Below, piece after piece: positions 19,171 through 28,161 of a stretch of 64,000 nt of DNA. The stretch is taken from IMG/VR virus record IMGVR_UViG_3300048854_000113, positions 6,999-70,998 of that record; one strand, 5' to 3'. The notes beneath the pieces are model-generated. The model made no database searches. It was given only the letters and a program-made list of their open reading frames with translations, and was not told the DNA's origin. Origin of the DNA: a virus. Its lineage: Duplodnaviria; Caudoviricetes. Both the position numbers and the translations under genes were made by a program. Position 1 is the stretch's first letter; the number at the start of each line of letters is the position of its first letter.

Positions 19171-19532
19171 ACGGCGAAGATTCCTGCGCCCACACTGCGG
19201 CGAAGTTGAAGGAAATATTGCCCGTAGGTCGATCCAAGATACGAATCACCAGTGAGCCGGGCCAAAGCGACCTTATCCGAGTACTGGATGGTCGTGTCAC
19301 CGGCTTTGAGTACTACCGCACCTATTTCGTCAGGACTCTGTGCTGCAGTCGCGGCGTTTTGCTGTCCGGAAAACAGCTGGTGCGCCACCCAATACGCTAC
19401 GCCATCGTCTGCCAGCGTGCCCCAGACGGTCGAATCGACGTAGACCGCCGACTTATTGATCCAGTACTGGATTCGCGTCGGCGGGACGTTGGCGAACTCC
19501 GGAAACTGAAGAATGAAGTCGTCGGGCGTCAT
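19167..19532 (-). CDS. Head-tail adaptor (DUF4054-like)
   Basis: FILQFPEFANVP...YWVAHQL...STYGQYFLQLRR motif; start MTPDDF at 19532. Confidence 0.8.
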   Translation of the reverse strand: MTPDDFILQFPEFANVPPTRIQYWINKSAVYVDSTVWGTLADDGVAYWVAHQLFSGQQNAATAAQSPDEIGAVVLKAGDTTIQYSDKVALARLTGDSYLGSTYGQYFLQLRRSVGAGIFAV

Positions 19533-19536
19533 GTGC

Positions 19537-19830
19537 TCAGCTCTGCGGGGTGGTCTTCTTGGCGGGCGCGCTACCGACGCTCGACTTGGTGTCGACACGC
19601 AGGATTGCTTCGTCGAAATAGTGGTCGGCGACCGGGTTGTCTTTGCGAACCATGTCGAGCTCGTCGGCGTCGACCTCGGTTTCGCTGGCCTTCAGCACGT
19701 CTTTGCCGGTGGTACCGTCCGTGTCTTGGATGGCGGCCGGGAACGTCAGCGTTGCGACGGCCCCTTTGCCGCTGGCCTTTGTCAACACGATGTCGTGCTC
19801 TGCGGTGTTCTTTACGATGATTTTCGACAC
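19537..19830 (-). CDS. Hypothetical head-associated protein
   Basis: 97 aa ORF with GTG start after the capsid gene. Confidence 0.65.
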   Translation of the reverse strand: MSKIIVKNTAEHDIVLTKASGKGAVATLTFPAAIQDTDGTTGKDVLKASETEVDADELDMVRKDNPVADHYFDEAILRVDTKSSVGSAPAKKTTPQS

Positions 19831-19865
19831 GAGATATCTCCTCGTTGATGTAACTACAGGAAATG

Positions 19866-19900
19866 CAAAAAGCCCCGCACCGGTTAGGGAGCGGGGCTTT
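19866..19900. terminator. Terminator after the major capsid gene
   Basis: AAAAAGCCCCGC...GCGGGGCTTT inverted repeat. Confidence 0.75.
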
Positions 19901-19931
19901 CTCGAACGACTGGCAGGCTTCGTCGATCTGC

Positions 19932-20933
19932 TTACAGGCCGTCTTGATAGTAAGCGGACTTCGGATAGCGCCAGAACACACCGGAGTACTTGTACTCACC
20001 CGGGATGTCCACGGCCAGGCCTTGCGGTTGCGGCGCGAGGAAGCGCAGCGGCAGCGGAATGTACATCGACAGGCGCGACGGATCCTTGAAGTAGTACACG
20101 CCGCGCGCCGTGCCGCCTGCACCGGCCGTATCCAGGCCATAACCGGGCTGGATGTCGAGCTCGATGTTGCGTTGCGTCTTCGCGATGTTGTTCTGCCGCA
20201 GGTACGTCAGGATCGTCGTGTCGGTGTTGGCCGAACGCGGCGTGCTGGCGATGAACGAGAAGTCCGCCGGCGGCAGAATCACGTTGGTCGGCATGTCGTT
20301 GTAGCCAGACGCCGTCCACACCTGATTCAGCCCGGAATTCATGTCCGCAAGAATCTGTGCGACCGTCGTTGCCGGGTTCGTCCAGTTGCCGGTCGGTGCA
20401 TTGCCGTGCGGCACCGACGGGTTGTTGAACAGCCCCGTCAGATCCTTTTCGCCGTACAGACCGACCTGGTTCATGTGACGACGATAGCCGTCTTCGGCTG
20501 CCATCAGGCGAGCCGTGGGCAGCGGGCGGCGCAGATACGCCGAACGACGCAGCTCTTCCGTCGTGTAGTCGTAGCCGATGGCACCCTGATACACCGGGTT
20601 GCTCTTTTCGCCCATTCCCACGTCGACCTTCGGAATGTCGCGACCCTTACCGCTGATGCGCTTGCCGCGACCGACGAAGTCCATCACTTGGTAACGGATC
20701 GAGTCCGCCCATTCGCCGCCGGACATGTCGATCGGCACGAACTGCTCGTACTGCATCGGCGTGTACTGGCGGTTGAACACGGTCGCCTCGGTGTAAGCCA
20801 GTTGGCTCACCAGAAACGCCATTGCGTTGTTGTCGTCACCCGCGATAACCGCGGGCCCGATCAAACGCGCGAGGCCGGAACGGATCGAATCGAATGCGAC
20901 GATCCGCCGTTCGGCGTACTTGTCTTTCTTCAT
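19932..20933 (-). CDS. Major capsid protein (DUF2184 family)
   Basis: FLVSQLAYTE, MNQVGLYGE, TGLFNNP, GVFWRYPKSAYYQDG motifs. Confidence 0.9.
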   Translation of the reverse strand: MKKDKYAERRIVAFDSIRSGLARLIGPAVIAGDDNNAMAFLVSQLAYTEATVFNRQYTPMQYEQFVPIDMSGGEWADSIRYQVMDFVGRGKRISGKGRDIPKVDVGMGEKSNPVYQGAIGYDYTTEELRRSAYLRRPLPTARLMAAEDGYRRHMNQVGLYGEKDLTGLFNNPSVPHGNAPTGNWTNPATTVAQILADMNSGLNQVWTASGYNDMPTNVILPPADFSFIASTPRSANTDTTILTYLRQNNIAKTQRNIELDIQPGYGLDTAGAGGTARGVYYFKDPSRLSMYIPLPLRFLAPQPQGLAVDIPGEYKYSGVFWRYPKSAYYQDGL

Positions 20934-20963
20934 TTGTGAAATGCTCCCTGAGCGGATCGTGGA

Positions 20964-21446
20964 TTACTGCGTGATACGAACCATGCCGAGCGCACCCGAC
21001 GCGGTCGTGGTTTCCCACTTGGCGTTCGGGAGTGCCACTCGACCTGCACCTGCTGCACCGCCGGTCGTGCCGCCGATGGTGCCGCCGCCGGCCGTCAGGC
21101 TCAGCACGGCGTCGCCGCGCGTCACAGCCTCGGCTGCCAGCACCCAGATGTATCCCTGCTTGAGGATCGGCACGGTGTCGAACTGGTTGTACAGAACGAT
21201 ATCGGACGCGTTCGCCGGACGGATCGGATAGCGAACGGCGATACCGATCAGTTGATCAGCGTCTGCCGCCGGTGCCTTGCAGGTGTCGTCGGCGGTCGTG
21301 CCGCGCGCGACGATTCGACCGAAGTCGATTGCCGTGGCGCCTTCGTTTGTCTTGCTTTCGATCGTCGGGATGTTCATGTCCGCGATCATGCCGGGATAGC
21401 CCGGGTCGTGGAGAAGACCGCCCGGCGTGCCCAAATCGATGCTCAT
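20964..21446 (-). CDS. Head decoration/cement protein
   Basis: AIDFGRIVARG...VPILKQGYIWV; between scaffold and capsid genes. Confidence 0.75.
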   Translation of the reverse strand: MSIDLGTPGGLLHDPGYPGMIADMNIPTIESKTNEGATAIDFGRIVARGTTADDTCKAPAADADQLIGIAVRYPIRPANASDIVLYNQFDTVPILKQGYIWVLAAEAVTRGDAVLSLTAGGGTIGGTTGGAAGAGRVALPNAKWETTTASGALGMVRITQ

Positions 21447-21479
21447 GATGGTTCCTTTAAGTCGGAGAAGCGTTGTGGT

Positions 21480-22721
21480 TTAGGCGGCGGTGGCCTGCCA
21501 GGCGTTGGCCATGCGGTGCGCGAGCAGCTCGGGACCACTCAGCTCGTCGTCCGCATCGCCAGCGGTCACGGTGGTGCGACCGAGCAGCGCGTCTTTCACG
21601 GCCTGCTCTTGTGCGGCGTTGGCACCGTCGGCTGCAACCACTTCGACCGATGCGGCAACGGCATTGAACGCGGCGCGCACGGCGGGTTCTTCAGCCTTGT
21701 CGGCCGTCACACCACCCAGCACAGCATTCGCGATCGCCTTCGCCTTGGAATCACCGGCAACGATGCTCGCGAGTACTTCGCGCTTGATGGCGAGACACGT
21801 CTTGCCGTCGGTCGCAATCGTCGGCACGAGGCGCTTGGCTTCGTTGAGCGTCTTCGCCCAGTCGCCGACCATGGCGTCGCGCGCTTCAGGCGTCATGACG
21901 TCTTTGCGCAGCGTGTCGATCTCGCTGTCTTTCGCTGCGATCGTGCCGTGCAGCGTCAGGATCGTTTCAGCGACCTTGTCAGCGGCGATGGTGTGCTCTT
22001 TGTCGCCGATCTTGTAGGTGACCGGCAATGCGACCGGAGCCTTGGTTTTGAGGGCGTCGCGGTCGGCGACGATCTTTTCGACAGCAGCCGCGGCGGCTTC
22101 ATCCAGTTCGAACGGGATGCTGTCGATGAGCAGCTTACGAGTTGCCATCGTGTTTTCCTTTTTAGGAAGGGGAGAAACAGAATCTGCGATACGGCACGCA
22201 GAGCCACACCGCGCGGAATCCACGATTGCGACGTGGTTCCCGCGAATGTTTCGTTGGACGCCGTGGTACGGCTTACCGTCCGGCGTAAAGCCCGGCGTCA
22301 TGTCTAGTTCGAAGGAATAGCCGTTTGAGACCTCGACCTTGCCTTCGTCGACGGCCTTGACGGCGGCGGCATCCCTCACGGTCAGCACGCCGTTCATCAA
22401 GTCGCCGTCACGCTCAATTCCAGAGGCATCGCCGACCGTCACTTCGTCGCGGTTGGCGTCCGTGACCTCGTTGCCCTCCGGATGGTCGTTCGTGACCGGC
22501 ACGCCCTCGAAGGTGTGCATGCTGTCCGGCGCGAACACTTCTTCGGGCGGCCGGTACAGCAGCACGCTGGCCATCGGGTTGCGGTCTGTCAGGCCAAGCT
22601 CGTACGCGCGGTACGACTGGGTGCCGACGCGTGCGATCACGGCGGGCGCGACAAGATGGCCGTCCGCCGTGACGGTCCGCTTGGACAGCGTCATGCGGTC
22701 GTTTGCAATTACCGTTTTCAT
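21480..22721 (-). CDS. DUF2213 family prohead protease/scaffold
   Basis: IARVGTQSY, LYRPPEEVF, VTNDHP, VSNGY, GNHVAIVDSARCG motifs. Confidence 0.9.
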   Translation of the reverse strand: MKTVIANDRMTLSKRTVTADGHLVAPAVIARVGTQSYRAYELGLTDRNPMASVLLYRPPEEVFAPDSMHTFEGVPVTNDHPEGNEVTDANRDEVTVGDASGIERDGDLMNGVLTVRDAAAVKAVDEGKVEVSNGYSFELDMTPGFTPDGKPYHGVQRNIRGNHVAIVDSARCGSACRIADSVSPLPKKENTMATRKLLIDSIPFELDEAAAAAVEKIVADRDALKTKAPVALPVTYKIGDKEHTIAADKVAETILTLHGTIAAKDSEIDTLRKDVMTPEARDAMVGDWAKTLNEAKRLVPTIATDGKTCLAIKREVLASIVAGDSKAKAIANAVLGGVTADKAEEPAVRAAFNAVAASVEVVAADGANAAQEQAVKDALLGRTTVTAGDADDELSGPELLAHRMANAWQATAA

Positions 22722-24118
22722 CGTGGCTTCTTGGTTGAGACGGGATCCGTCGCGATAGGAGGCGCCGCAGGCAGCGCTGGTGGTTCCGGCGCTTCTTCTG
22801 GTTTGTCCGGCAGCTGATTGATCTCTTCGTCAGTCAGGTCGTAACGTCCGCGCGCTTTGAGTGCACGACCGATTACACGCTTGCTGACCAAGCCGGCACT
22901 CAGATACACATCGTCAGTTTGCGAATCGTTCAGGCCGATCTCAGACTCTTCCTTGTCGTCCTTCTGCCAGAGCGTGTTGAACGAGTTCGAATAGTTCTCG
23001 GGCATGAACCCAAGTTCGGAACGAATGACGATCTCATCGAGGTACTCGAGCGGCGTTTGCAGGTCACTTTCCTGCTCGGCCACGATGCGGTCGTAGTAGT
23101 TCCGCACATCGTTATCGCCGTTGGCATTCAATCCGCCGGCCGACTGCCCGAACAGGCGCGTCATGGGAATGTCGGCCGCGCCGCACACGTCGACCGCGAA
23201 CTCGCGCAGGATCTTGTCGAGGTTGGCAAACGTGTTGCTTTTCTTCTCGTACTTCTCGGTACCGCCGAGCAGCAACATGCGGTTGAACGACTTCAACATC
23301 GCAGCCGTCTGGAAGCGCTTTGTGAGCAGCGCTTCACCATCCTTGCGGCTGAGGATCTCGTTCAGGTCCTCGGTTGTGACCACGTCGACGTTGGCTTCGA
23401 ACAGCATCGTGGCGACGGCTGCAGACGATGAATCGCGACGGCGGATGCTGTCGTAGACGTGCTGCAGCTCGCTGTCATCCCACATGCCGTTGGCGCGCCA
23501 CGAGAAGTAGGGCAGCTTCTGGCCGTTGAACCGCAGCACACGAGTCCAGTGAATCTGTACGGCGCTCTCGGCAATGATGTACATCGACGGCAGGCCGAAA
23601 TTCGGGCTGTTCAGATCGTCAGTGATCTCGCCAGACGGGGCGGCGCGCCAGCGATCCAGCACGTGCAGAAACTGCAGGTCGCCTTTTTTGATACGCGTCG
23701 CATCGAGCGGCTTCGACAGGTCTTTGTCACGCGTACCGATGACGATCAATGAGCCGCCGTAGAGCCTAGACCAGCGCAGCGCCGCATTGAATTTCCCCTT
23801 CACGTCGAAGCGCTTCTCGGTCTTCTGGACCGCTGCGAGTGATTTGCCACCCTTGTCATCGAACGTCAGCGTGCGCCAGGCGCGCGTCATGTCATCCGCC
23901 ACCGCGTTGACGATTCGCTTTGCAAGCCAGCTGGAGCGGTACATCTGCTCGAGCTGGAACTGCGTCATCGCCTGGACTGCGTCGTACTCCGTGTACGACA
24001 TCTTGTCGCGCGACGTGCCGAGACCCGCAACCACGTTGATCAGGCCATCGCCGACCGTTACCGGCTTGTTCGTGCGGGCGAGGGCGGCGCTGGCCGTCTT
24101 GACGATTCGTTTCGACAT
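22718..24118 (-). CDS. Portal protein (DUF1073 family)
   Basis: YRSSWLAKRIVNAVADDMTR, RLYGG, DIPMTRLFGQS, NYYDRI motifs; follows terL. Confidence 0.9.
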   Translation of the reverse strand: MSKRIVKTASAALARTNKPVTVGDGLINVVAGLGTSRDKMSYTEYDAVQAMTQFQLEQMYRSSWLAKRIVNAVADDMTRAWRTLTFDDKGGKSLAAVQKTEKRFDVKGKFNAALRWSRLYGGSLIVIGTRDKDLSKPLDATRIKKGDLQFLHVLDRWRAAPSGEITDDLNSPNFGLPSMYIIAESAVQIHWTRVLRFNGQKLPYFSWRANGMWDDSELQHVYDSIRRRDSSSAAVATMLFEANVDVVTTEDLNEILSRKDGEALLTKRFQTAAMLKSFNRMLLLGGTEKYEKKSNTFANLDKILREFAVDVCGAADIPMTRLFGQSAGGLNANGDNDVRNYYDRIVAEQESDLQTPLEYLDEIVIRSELGFMPENYSNSFNTLWQKDDKEESEIGLNDSQTDDVYLSAGLVSKRVIGRALKARGRYDLTDEEINQLPDKPEEAPEPPALPAAPPIATDPVSTKKPR

Positions 24119-24119
24119 G

Positions 24120-25385
24120 TCACATCACTTCCGTCATAGAGCGTCGCCTGATAGGCCATTGCTTCTGGATGAAATAGCCGAGCGCATCGATGACGTGATC
24201 GACGCCAGTGGACTTATCGGGCTCTCCGTTCAGGTCATACGGCTGTTGCTCGAGCGCTTCTGTCAGCTTCGGGCAGCGCGCAGTGTTCACTTTCAAGTGC
24301 CGGTCACCGACACCGTTCAGGATCTGTGCGTTGACCGCATTGACGCGATCCTTCACGGCCGGGTTGGTGCCGTTCACGCGCACGGTGAAATTCGCTTGTC
24401 GCAGGATCGAGAGATCCGACTCGCTGGCGTTCTTGCTGCTGCGGTTCTGGCCCGAAGCATCGGGGTAGATCAGCACCGAATGATCTTTGTCGAGATACCG
24501 CTCCGTGAGCAGGCGCGCCATGGTCGGCGTGTCGCGCACATCGGTCAGTTCGTCAACGGCGTACGGATGGTCGTCACGAATGACGCTCACCACGGCCGCC
24601 ATCTTCAGGACGTTGAAGTCCATCCCGATGTGCAGCGGCTCACCCGGCTCGGCCTCGACCGTGGTGTTGTTCTTTTCACGATCGAAGTTTGGATAGACCG
24701 CGCCGCTCAGCAGGTTGACGAACTGGCCGCGCAGATACGCTTCGATCAGCTGCGGCGGATACGACTCCAGCAGCGACGGGATGTAGTCCGCCGGCAGGTT
24801 CTTGGCGTTTTGGTACGTGCTCGCTTGCACAAGGCCGTACATGGCGGCGCGCGACGGTTTCTCGCGCAGCGCCTTCACAAACTGCTCGTAGACGAACTTG
24901 AAGCCCTCGGGCGTCGTCGTGACGTCGATGCCGTTGCGCAGGCCCGGCACGTTGTAGCGCATCCGCGCAATGATCTTGCGCCAGGCGGTCTGCGCCTTGA
25001 GCTTCGCCATCAAGTCGAGCTCATCGACCAGCGCGTGCCCGATCTTGAAACCGACGATCTCAGCCGGCTTGTCCATCGACCGGCACAGGATCGTGCCGCG
25101 ATAGTTGCGCCCGGAAAACAGGTGCACTTCGCGGTTCGCTTCACGAATCTGGGTTTTTAAGCCCCAGTCGGAGGCGACCTCGTCGATGGTCGGGTAAAAA
25201 ATGTCACGGATCTGGCCGTACGTCGGCGCGAAATACCCGGCGTTGATGCGCGGGTGTTCCCACATATGCGCGCAGATACCGGCGCCGCCCACCCACGTCT
25301 TTCCGGATCCGAACCCGGCCACGAACGCTTTGAACTTGCGATTGAGCGCAAGGAATTCCGCTTGCGGCGTGTTGAGTGTCGGCAT
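24120..25385 (-). CDS. terL: Terminase large subunit
   Basis: Walker A AGFGSGKT, Walker B LVDELD, VTTTPEG, RNase H-like HIGMDFN and DHVIDALGY. Confidence 0.95.
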   Translation of the reverse strand: MPTLNTPQAEFLALNRKFKAFVAGFGSGKTWVGGAGICAHMWEHPRINAGYFAPTYGQIRDIFYPTIDEVASDWGLKTQIREANREVHLFSGRNYRGTILCRSMDKPAEIVGFKIGHALVDELDLMAKLKAQTAWRKIIARMRYNVPGLRNGIDVTTTPEGFKFVYEQFVKALREKPSRAAMYGLVQASTYQNAKNLPADYIPSLLESYPPQLIEAYLRGQFVNLLSGAVYPNFDREKNNTTVEAEPGEPLHIGMDFNVLKMAAVVSVIRDDHPYAVDELTDVRDTPTMARLLTERYLDKDHSVLIYPDASGQNRSSKNASESDLSILRQANFTVRVNGTNPAVKDRVNAVNAQILNGVGDRHLKVNTARCPKLTEALEQQPYDLNGEPDKSTGVDHVIDALGYFIQKQWPIRRRSMTEVM

Positions 25386-25927
25386 CAGATTTCGCTAGCG
25401 TCGTTTGCGGCAGCGATTTCGTCAGCTGTCATGGTGGCGTCCTGCACGGACACACGGACCGAATCCGGCGTCGGCGTGTCGTCACCACCACCGCGACCAA
25501 CCTCAAGCAGCGTCGCGCGCTTTACTTCCAGATCGCCGATACGTCCGAGGATCTTTTGAATCGCATCGGTGTAATTGCGCGTGCGGTGCTTTTCCTCGCG
25601 AGACTTTCCTTTCGAACCGCGCCCGGTGTGCCGCGTGTATTCATCAAGTTCAGGTTTTCCAGCCGCCACGTTCTGCGCATTGAGCGCGCGCAGCAGCTGC
25701 AGCTTCGCAATCTTGATTTCTTGATCCAGTTCCCCGACCACGATCGTGTCGAAGATTCCGGCTTCGTCAGCAGTCAGCGCGGCGGAATAAATGCCGTGCT
25801 GTCGCGCATTCTGGTTTCCGGCAGGAGCACCGGTATTTTTCCCCCCGTGCATGCGGCACCTGCCGTTCGGCATGGCACGGTTCGCACACGGCTGACCGCT
25901 GCGGGTTTTAGCGCCGCAGAGAGCCAC
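25385..25927 (-). CDS. terS: Terminase small subunit candidate (HGGxSTG-type)
   Basis: CGAKTRSGQPC...NGRCRMHGGKNTGAP..GNQNARQHG; overlaps the terL start. Confidence 0.75.
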   Translation of the reverse strand: MALCGAKTRSGQPCANRAMPNGRCRMHGGKNTGAPAGNQNARQHGIYSAALTADEAGIFDTIVVGELDQEIKIAKLQLLRALNAQNVAAGKPELDEYTRHTGRGSKGKSREEKHRTRNYTDAIQKILGRIGDLEVKRATLLEVGRGGGDDTPTPDSVRVSVQDATMTADEIAAANDASEI

Positions 25928-26040
25928 ATTCGTGTCCTTCTAAGGGGTTTGCATGGGATTGATCCGCCAGCACCGGTTTTAAACATGTCGGTGTGAGTGA
26001 TTTCTTCGTCTCAGGGGCGCGACAGTCGAGAAGAAACTAC

Positions 26041-26475
26041 CTATTTCCACCAGTCTGGTTGAGGGAATATTTCGGTGAAGCGAATTTCGTTTCTCGGTTC
26101 GCTTTCGACATCGTGCGCATCCGGCCACCAGTGCCGTAGGTTCTCGCCAGCAGGCAAGTAGGCAACGAGTTGAGCGAAGCCTTCGCCGTGTCCGCTACAC
26201 CAATACGGTCCGGGCGGCGGGAAGGCCATCGGACGGTAATCGAGCGCGTTCACCTTGAAACAGTGCCGCGTCCACTTGGGCGCGTGCGGGTAATACGCAC
26301 CCGGCCAAGGCTGCGGCCCGTCAGGTGTGCGCCCGTTCATACCGAGCGGTCCAATCCATTCGCCGGGCTTGCACGCCTCCACGGCCCGCTGTTCGTCGTC
26401 GAATACGCCCATCACTTCCCAGACGCCACCCTTAGGCGTCTGTTGGATGGTTCGACCGATCACGAAGATTTGCAT
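26041..26475 (-). CDS. Hypothetical protein
   Basis: Start taken as MQIFVIG at 26475; 144 aa. Confidence 0.6.
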   Translation of the reverse strand: MQIFVIGRTIQQTPKGGVWEVMGVFDDEQRAVEACKPGEWIGPLGMNGRTPDGPQPWPGAYYPHAPKWTRHCFKVNALDYRPMAFPPPGPYWCSGHGEGFAQLVAYLPAGENLRHWWPDAHDVESEPRNEIRFTEIFPQPDWWK

Positions 26476-26548
26476 GGTTCTGCCTCGAAAAAGAACGCCC
26501 ACAGTCGAAACTGCGGGCGCTAAAGGACTCTGCAGTCCTGAGAGGAGA

Positions 26549-26815
26549 TCACTGCCTGATACGGCGCCACAGCGACGCGATCTCTGCGTCTTCGTGGGCG
26601 CCAAATTCTTCGATACGGCGCCACAAAGCGTCTGCTTCGTGTTCCAGCCGTGTTTCTTCGTTCTTCACGCGCGACCACAGGCGCACGATCTCGTTATCTG
26701 CGTGGGCTCCGAAACCGGCCAGGAGACACCAGAAGCGATCGTGATGCGGCTGCGACTCCCATTTAACCTCACCGTGAAGCGCGGCGAGCGGGCGGTACGT
26801 CTTTGATCCAGACAT
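26549..26815 (-). CDS. Hypothetical protein with three LWxR helical repeats
   Basis: EIVRLWSRV / DALWRRI / ASLWRRI. Confidence 0.5.
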   Translation of the reverse strand: MSGSKTYRPLAALHGEVKWESQPHHDRFWCLLAGFGAHADNEIVRLWSRVKNEETRLEHEADALWRRIEEFGAHEDAEIASLWRRIRQ

Positions 26816-26878
26816 CTCACGTCCTCCGGAAAAGCGCGCCGCGGTTGATAGCGGCGCGCTGAGCGACCTTGCGGAGGC

Positions 26879-27232
26879 TTATTCCGGCGTGACGGTGGCC
26901 GTGAGGCTTGCCAGCGGCGTGAACGTGGCACCACCAGCCGGCGGCACTTCCACTGCGTCCACGAACGACGTCGCCACAGCGTCGCCGAGCAGCGCGCCCG
27001 TGGAGTCGAGGAACTGAGCCGAGGCGTTGAACGTGCCGTCAGCGACGCCCGTGAAGTCGGCCGAGAGGCCGTCCACGTCTTGCGTATCGACGACTGCGCC
27101 ATTGCTGTCGGTGATGGTGAAGCGGGTTTTGCCCTGCGTCACGCCGTCGGGCAAGGGTGCGGAGGGTACGACGCCGGTAACAGCATCAGCGGCGGCGAGT
27201 GCAGCGAGGAGGGAAACTTTGAACGTCATCAT
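26879..27232 (-). CDS. Hypothetical beta-rich (Ig-like?) late protein
   Basis: 117 aa, Ala/Thr/Asp-rich; SD GGAG upstream. Confidence 0.6.
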   Translation of the reverse strand: MMTFKVSLLAALAAADAVTGVVPSAPLPDGVTQGKTRFTITDSNGAVVDTQDVDGLSADFTGVADGTFNASAQFLDSTGALLGDAVATSFVDAVEVPPAGGATFTPLASLTATVTPE

Positions 27233-27246
27233 GGGCTCCAGAAATG

Positions 27247-27276
27247 AAAAAGCCGCTGAGCTGAGCGCTGAGCGGC
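27247..27276 (-). terminator. Intrinsic terminator after the tRNA region
   Basis: GCCGCT...AGCGGC plus TTTTT. Confidence 0.6.
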
Positions 27277-27368
27277 GAGGGGAATGCACGGTATTAAGCC
27301 AGTCCGGCCGGGGGTCTTACGCACAACATCTGCTGCCCCGGGCACTTACGGCCTCACGGTGGGTTATG

Positions 27369-27444
27369 TGGTTGCGGGAGCTGGACTTGAACCAGCGACC
27401 TTCAGGTTATGAGCCTGACGAGCTGCCAACTGCTCTATCCCGCA
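27369..27444 (-). tRNA. tRNA with CAU anticodon, initiator-like scaffold
   Basis: TGCGGGATAGAGCAGTTGGCAGCTCGTCAGGCTCATAACCTGAAGGTCGCTGGTTCAAGTCCAGCTCCCGCAACCA: 76 nt, full cloverleaf, encoded CCA. Confidence 0.95.
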
Positions 27445-27829
27445 AAGAAAGGTGGAAGCGACAACGGATGAAGAGAGAAGCCACTACCGCATGCCCGAAG
27501 GCCTCAGCGCGGTCATGGTGGCGGCGAATAGTGGTTCCGGCGCGCGGCGCGATCGCCGCTCGAATGTAGCCGCTCAGCTATTCGAATCCGGGTCGGTCTA
27601 TTCGGCTGTCACCCTCAAGGCTGCGGACTGCTATCAGGGAGCCGATACATGACCGCCGGCGAGTGCTGCCGGGGCGTTCTAACCCGTTCGGACTTACGCA
27701 GTATCTACGGCGCTCGACGTGGCTTTGACGGGAGCAATCAGCAGGCTTGAAGGTGAGTTTGGTTGGCGTTTTTGCGGGGGTTGGCGGGTTTATGATGTGA
27801 TTTCCACAACAAAAAGAAGCGAGGAAACC

Positions 27830-28045
27830 GTGTCACTGAACTTCGATAAGGAAACCCTGGAAATACCATGTGCGAACTGCAAGAAGACAATCAAGACGAC
27901 GATAGGCGAGGCAAAACGGGATCCGAGCTTGATCTGCCCAGCATGCGGAACAGCGAACAAGATCGATGCGAGCCAGTTCAGGGATGAAGAGAAGAAGGTG
28001 CAAAAGCAGTTGGATGACCTGCTCAAGGGGTTTGGAAAACGCTGA
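27830..28045 (+). CDS. Small zinc-ribbon protein moron (CxxC...CxxC)
   Basis: SD GAGGA, GTG start; IPCANC...LICPACG; antisense to the late transcript; ends at a bidirectional terminator. Confidence 0.75.
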   Translation: MSLNFDKETLEIPCANCKKTIKTTIGEAKRDPSLICPACGTANKIDASQFRDEEKKVQKQLDDLLKGFGKR

Positions 28046-28055
28046 CCCGGAACGC

Positions 28056-28090
28056 AAAAAAGCCCTGCGAGGCTTGCGCCAGCGGGGCTT
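28056..28090. terminator. tR'-like bidirectional terminator
   Basis: AAAAAAGCCCTGCG...AGCGGGGCTT, about 30 nt downstream of the late -10 box. Confidence 0.75.
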
Positions 28091-28119
28091 CTAGGGACAT
28101 CTGCGGTGAGTCTGGCGAG

Positions 28120-28148
28120 ATATTAGTCTGACTGTCGCGAGAATTCAA
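28120..28148 (-). promoter_or_regulatory. pR'-like late promoter
   Basis: TTGAAT-17bp-TAATAT just past the Q-like gene and followed by a terminator. Confidence 0.7.
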
Positions 28149-28161
28149 GCGAAATATCGCT

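Noticed and set aside
19863-20939. 358 aa + strand ORF
   Set aside because: Antisense shadow of the major capsid gene.
22718-24118. Anti-CBASS Acb1 label sometimes given to DUF1073 proteins
   Set aside because: Size and position between terL and the scaffold identify it as the portal; no 2H phosphoesterase HxT motifs recognised.
23787-25160. 457 aa + strand ORF
   Set aside because: Antisense shadow of terminase and portal.
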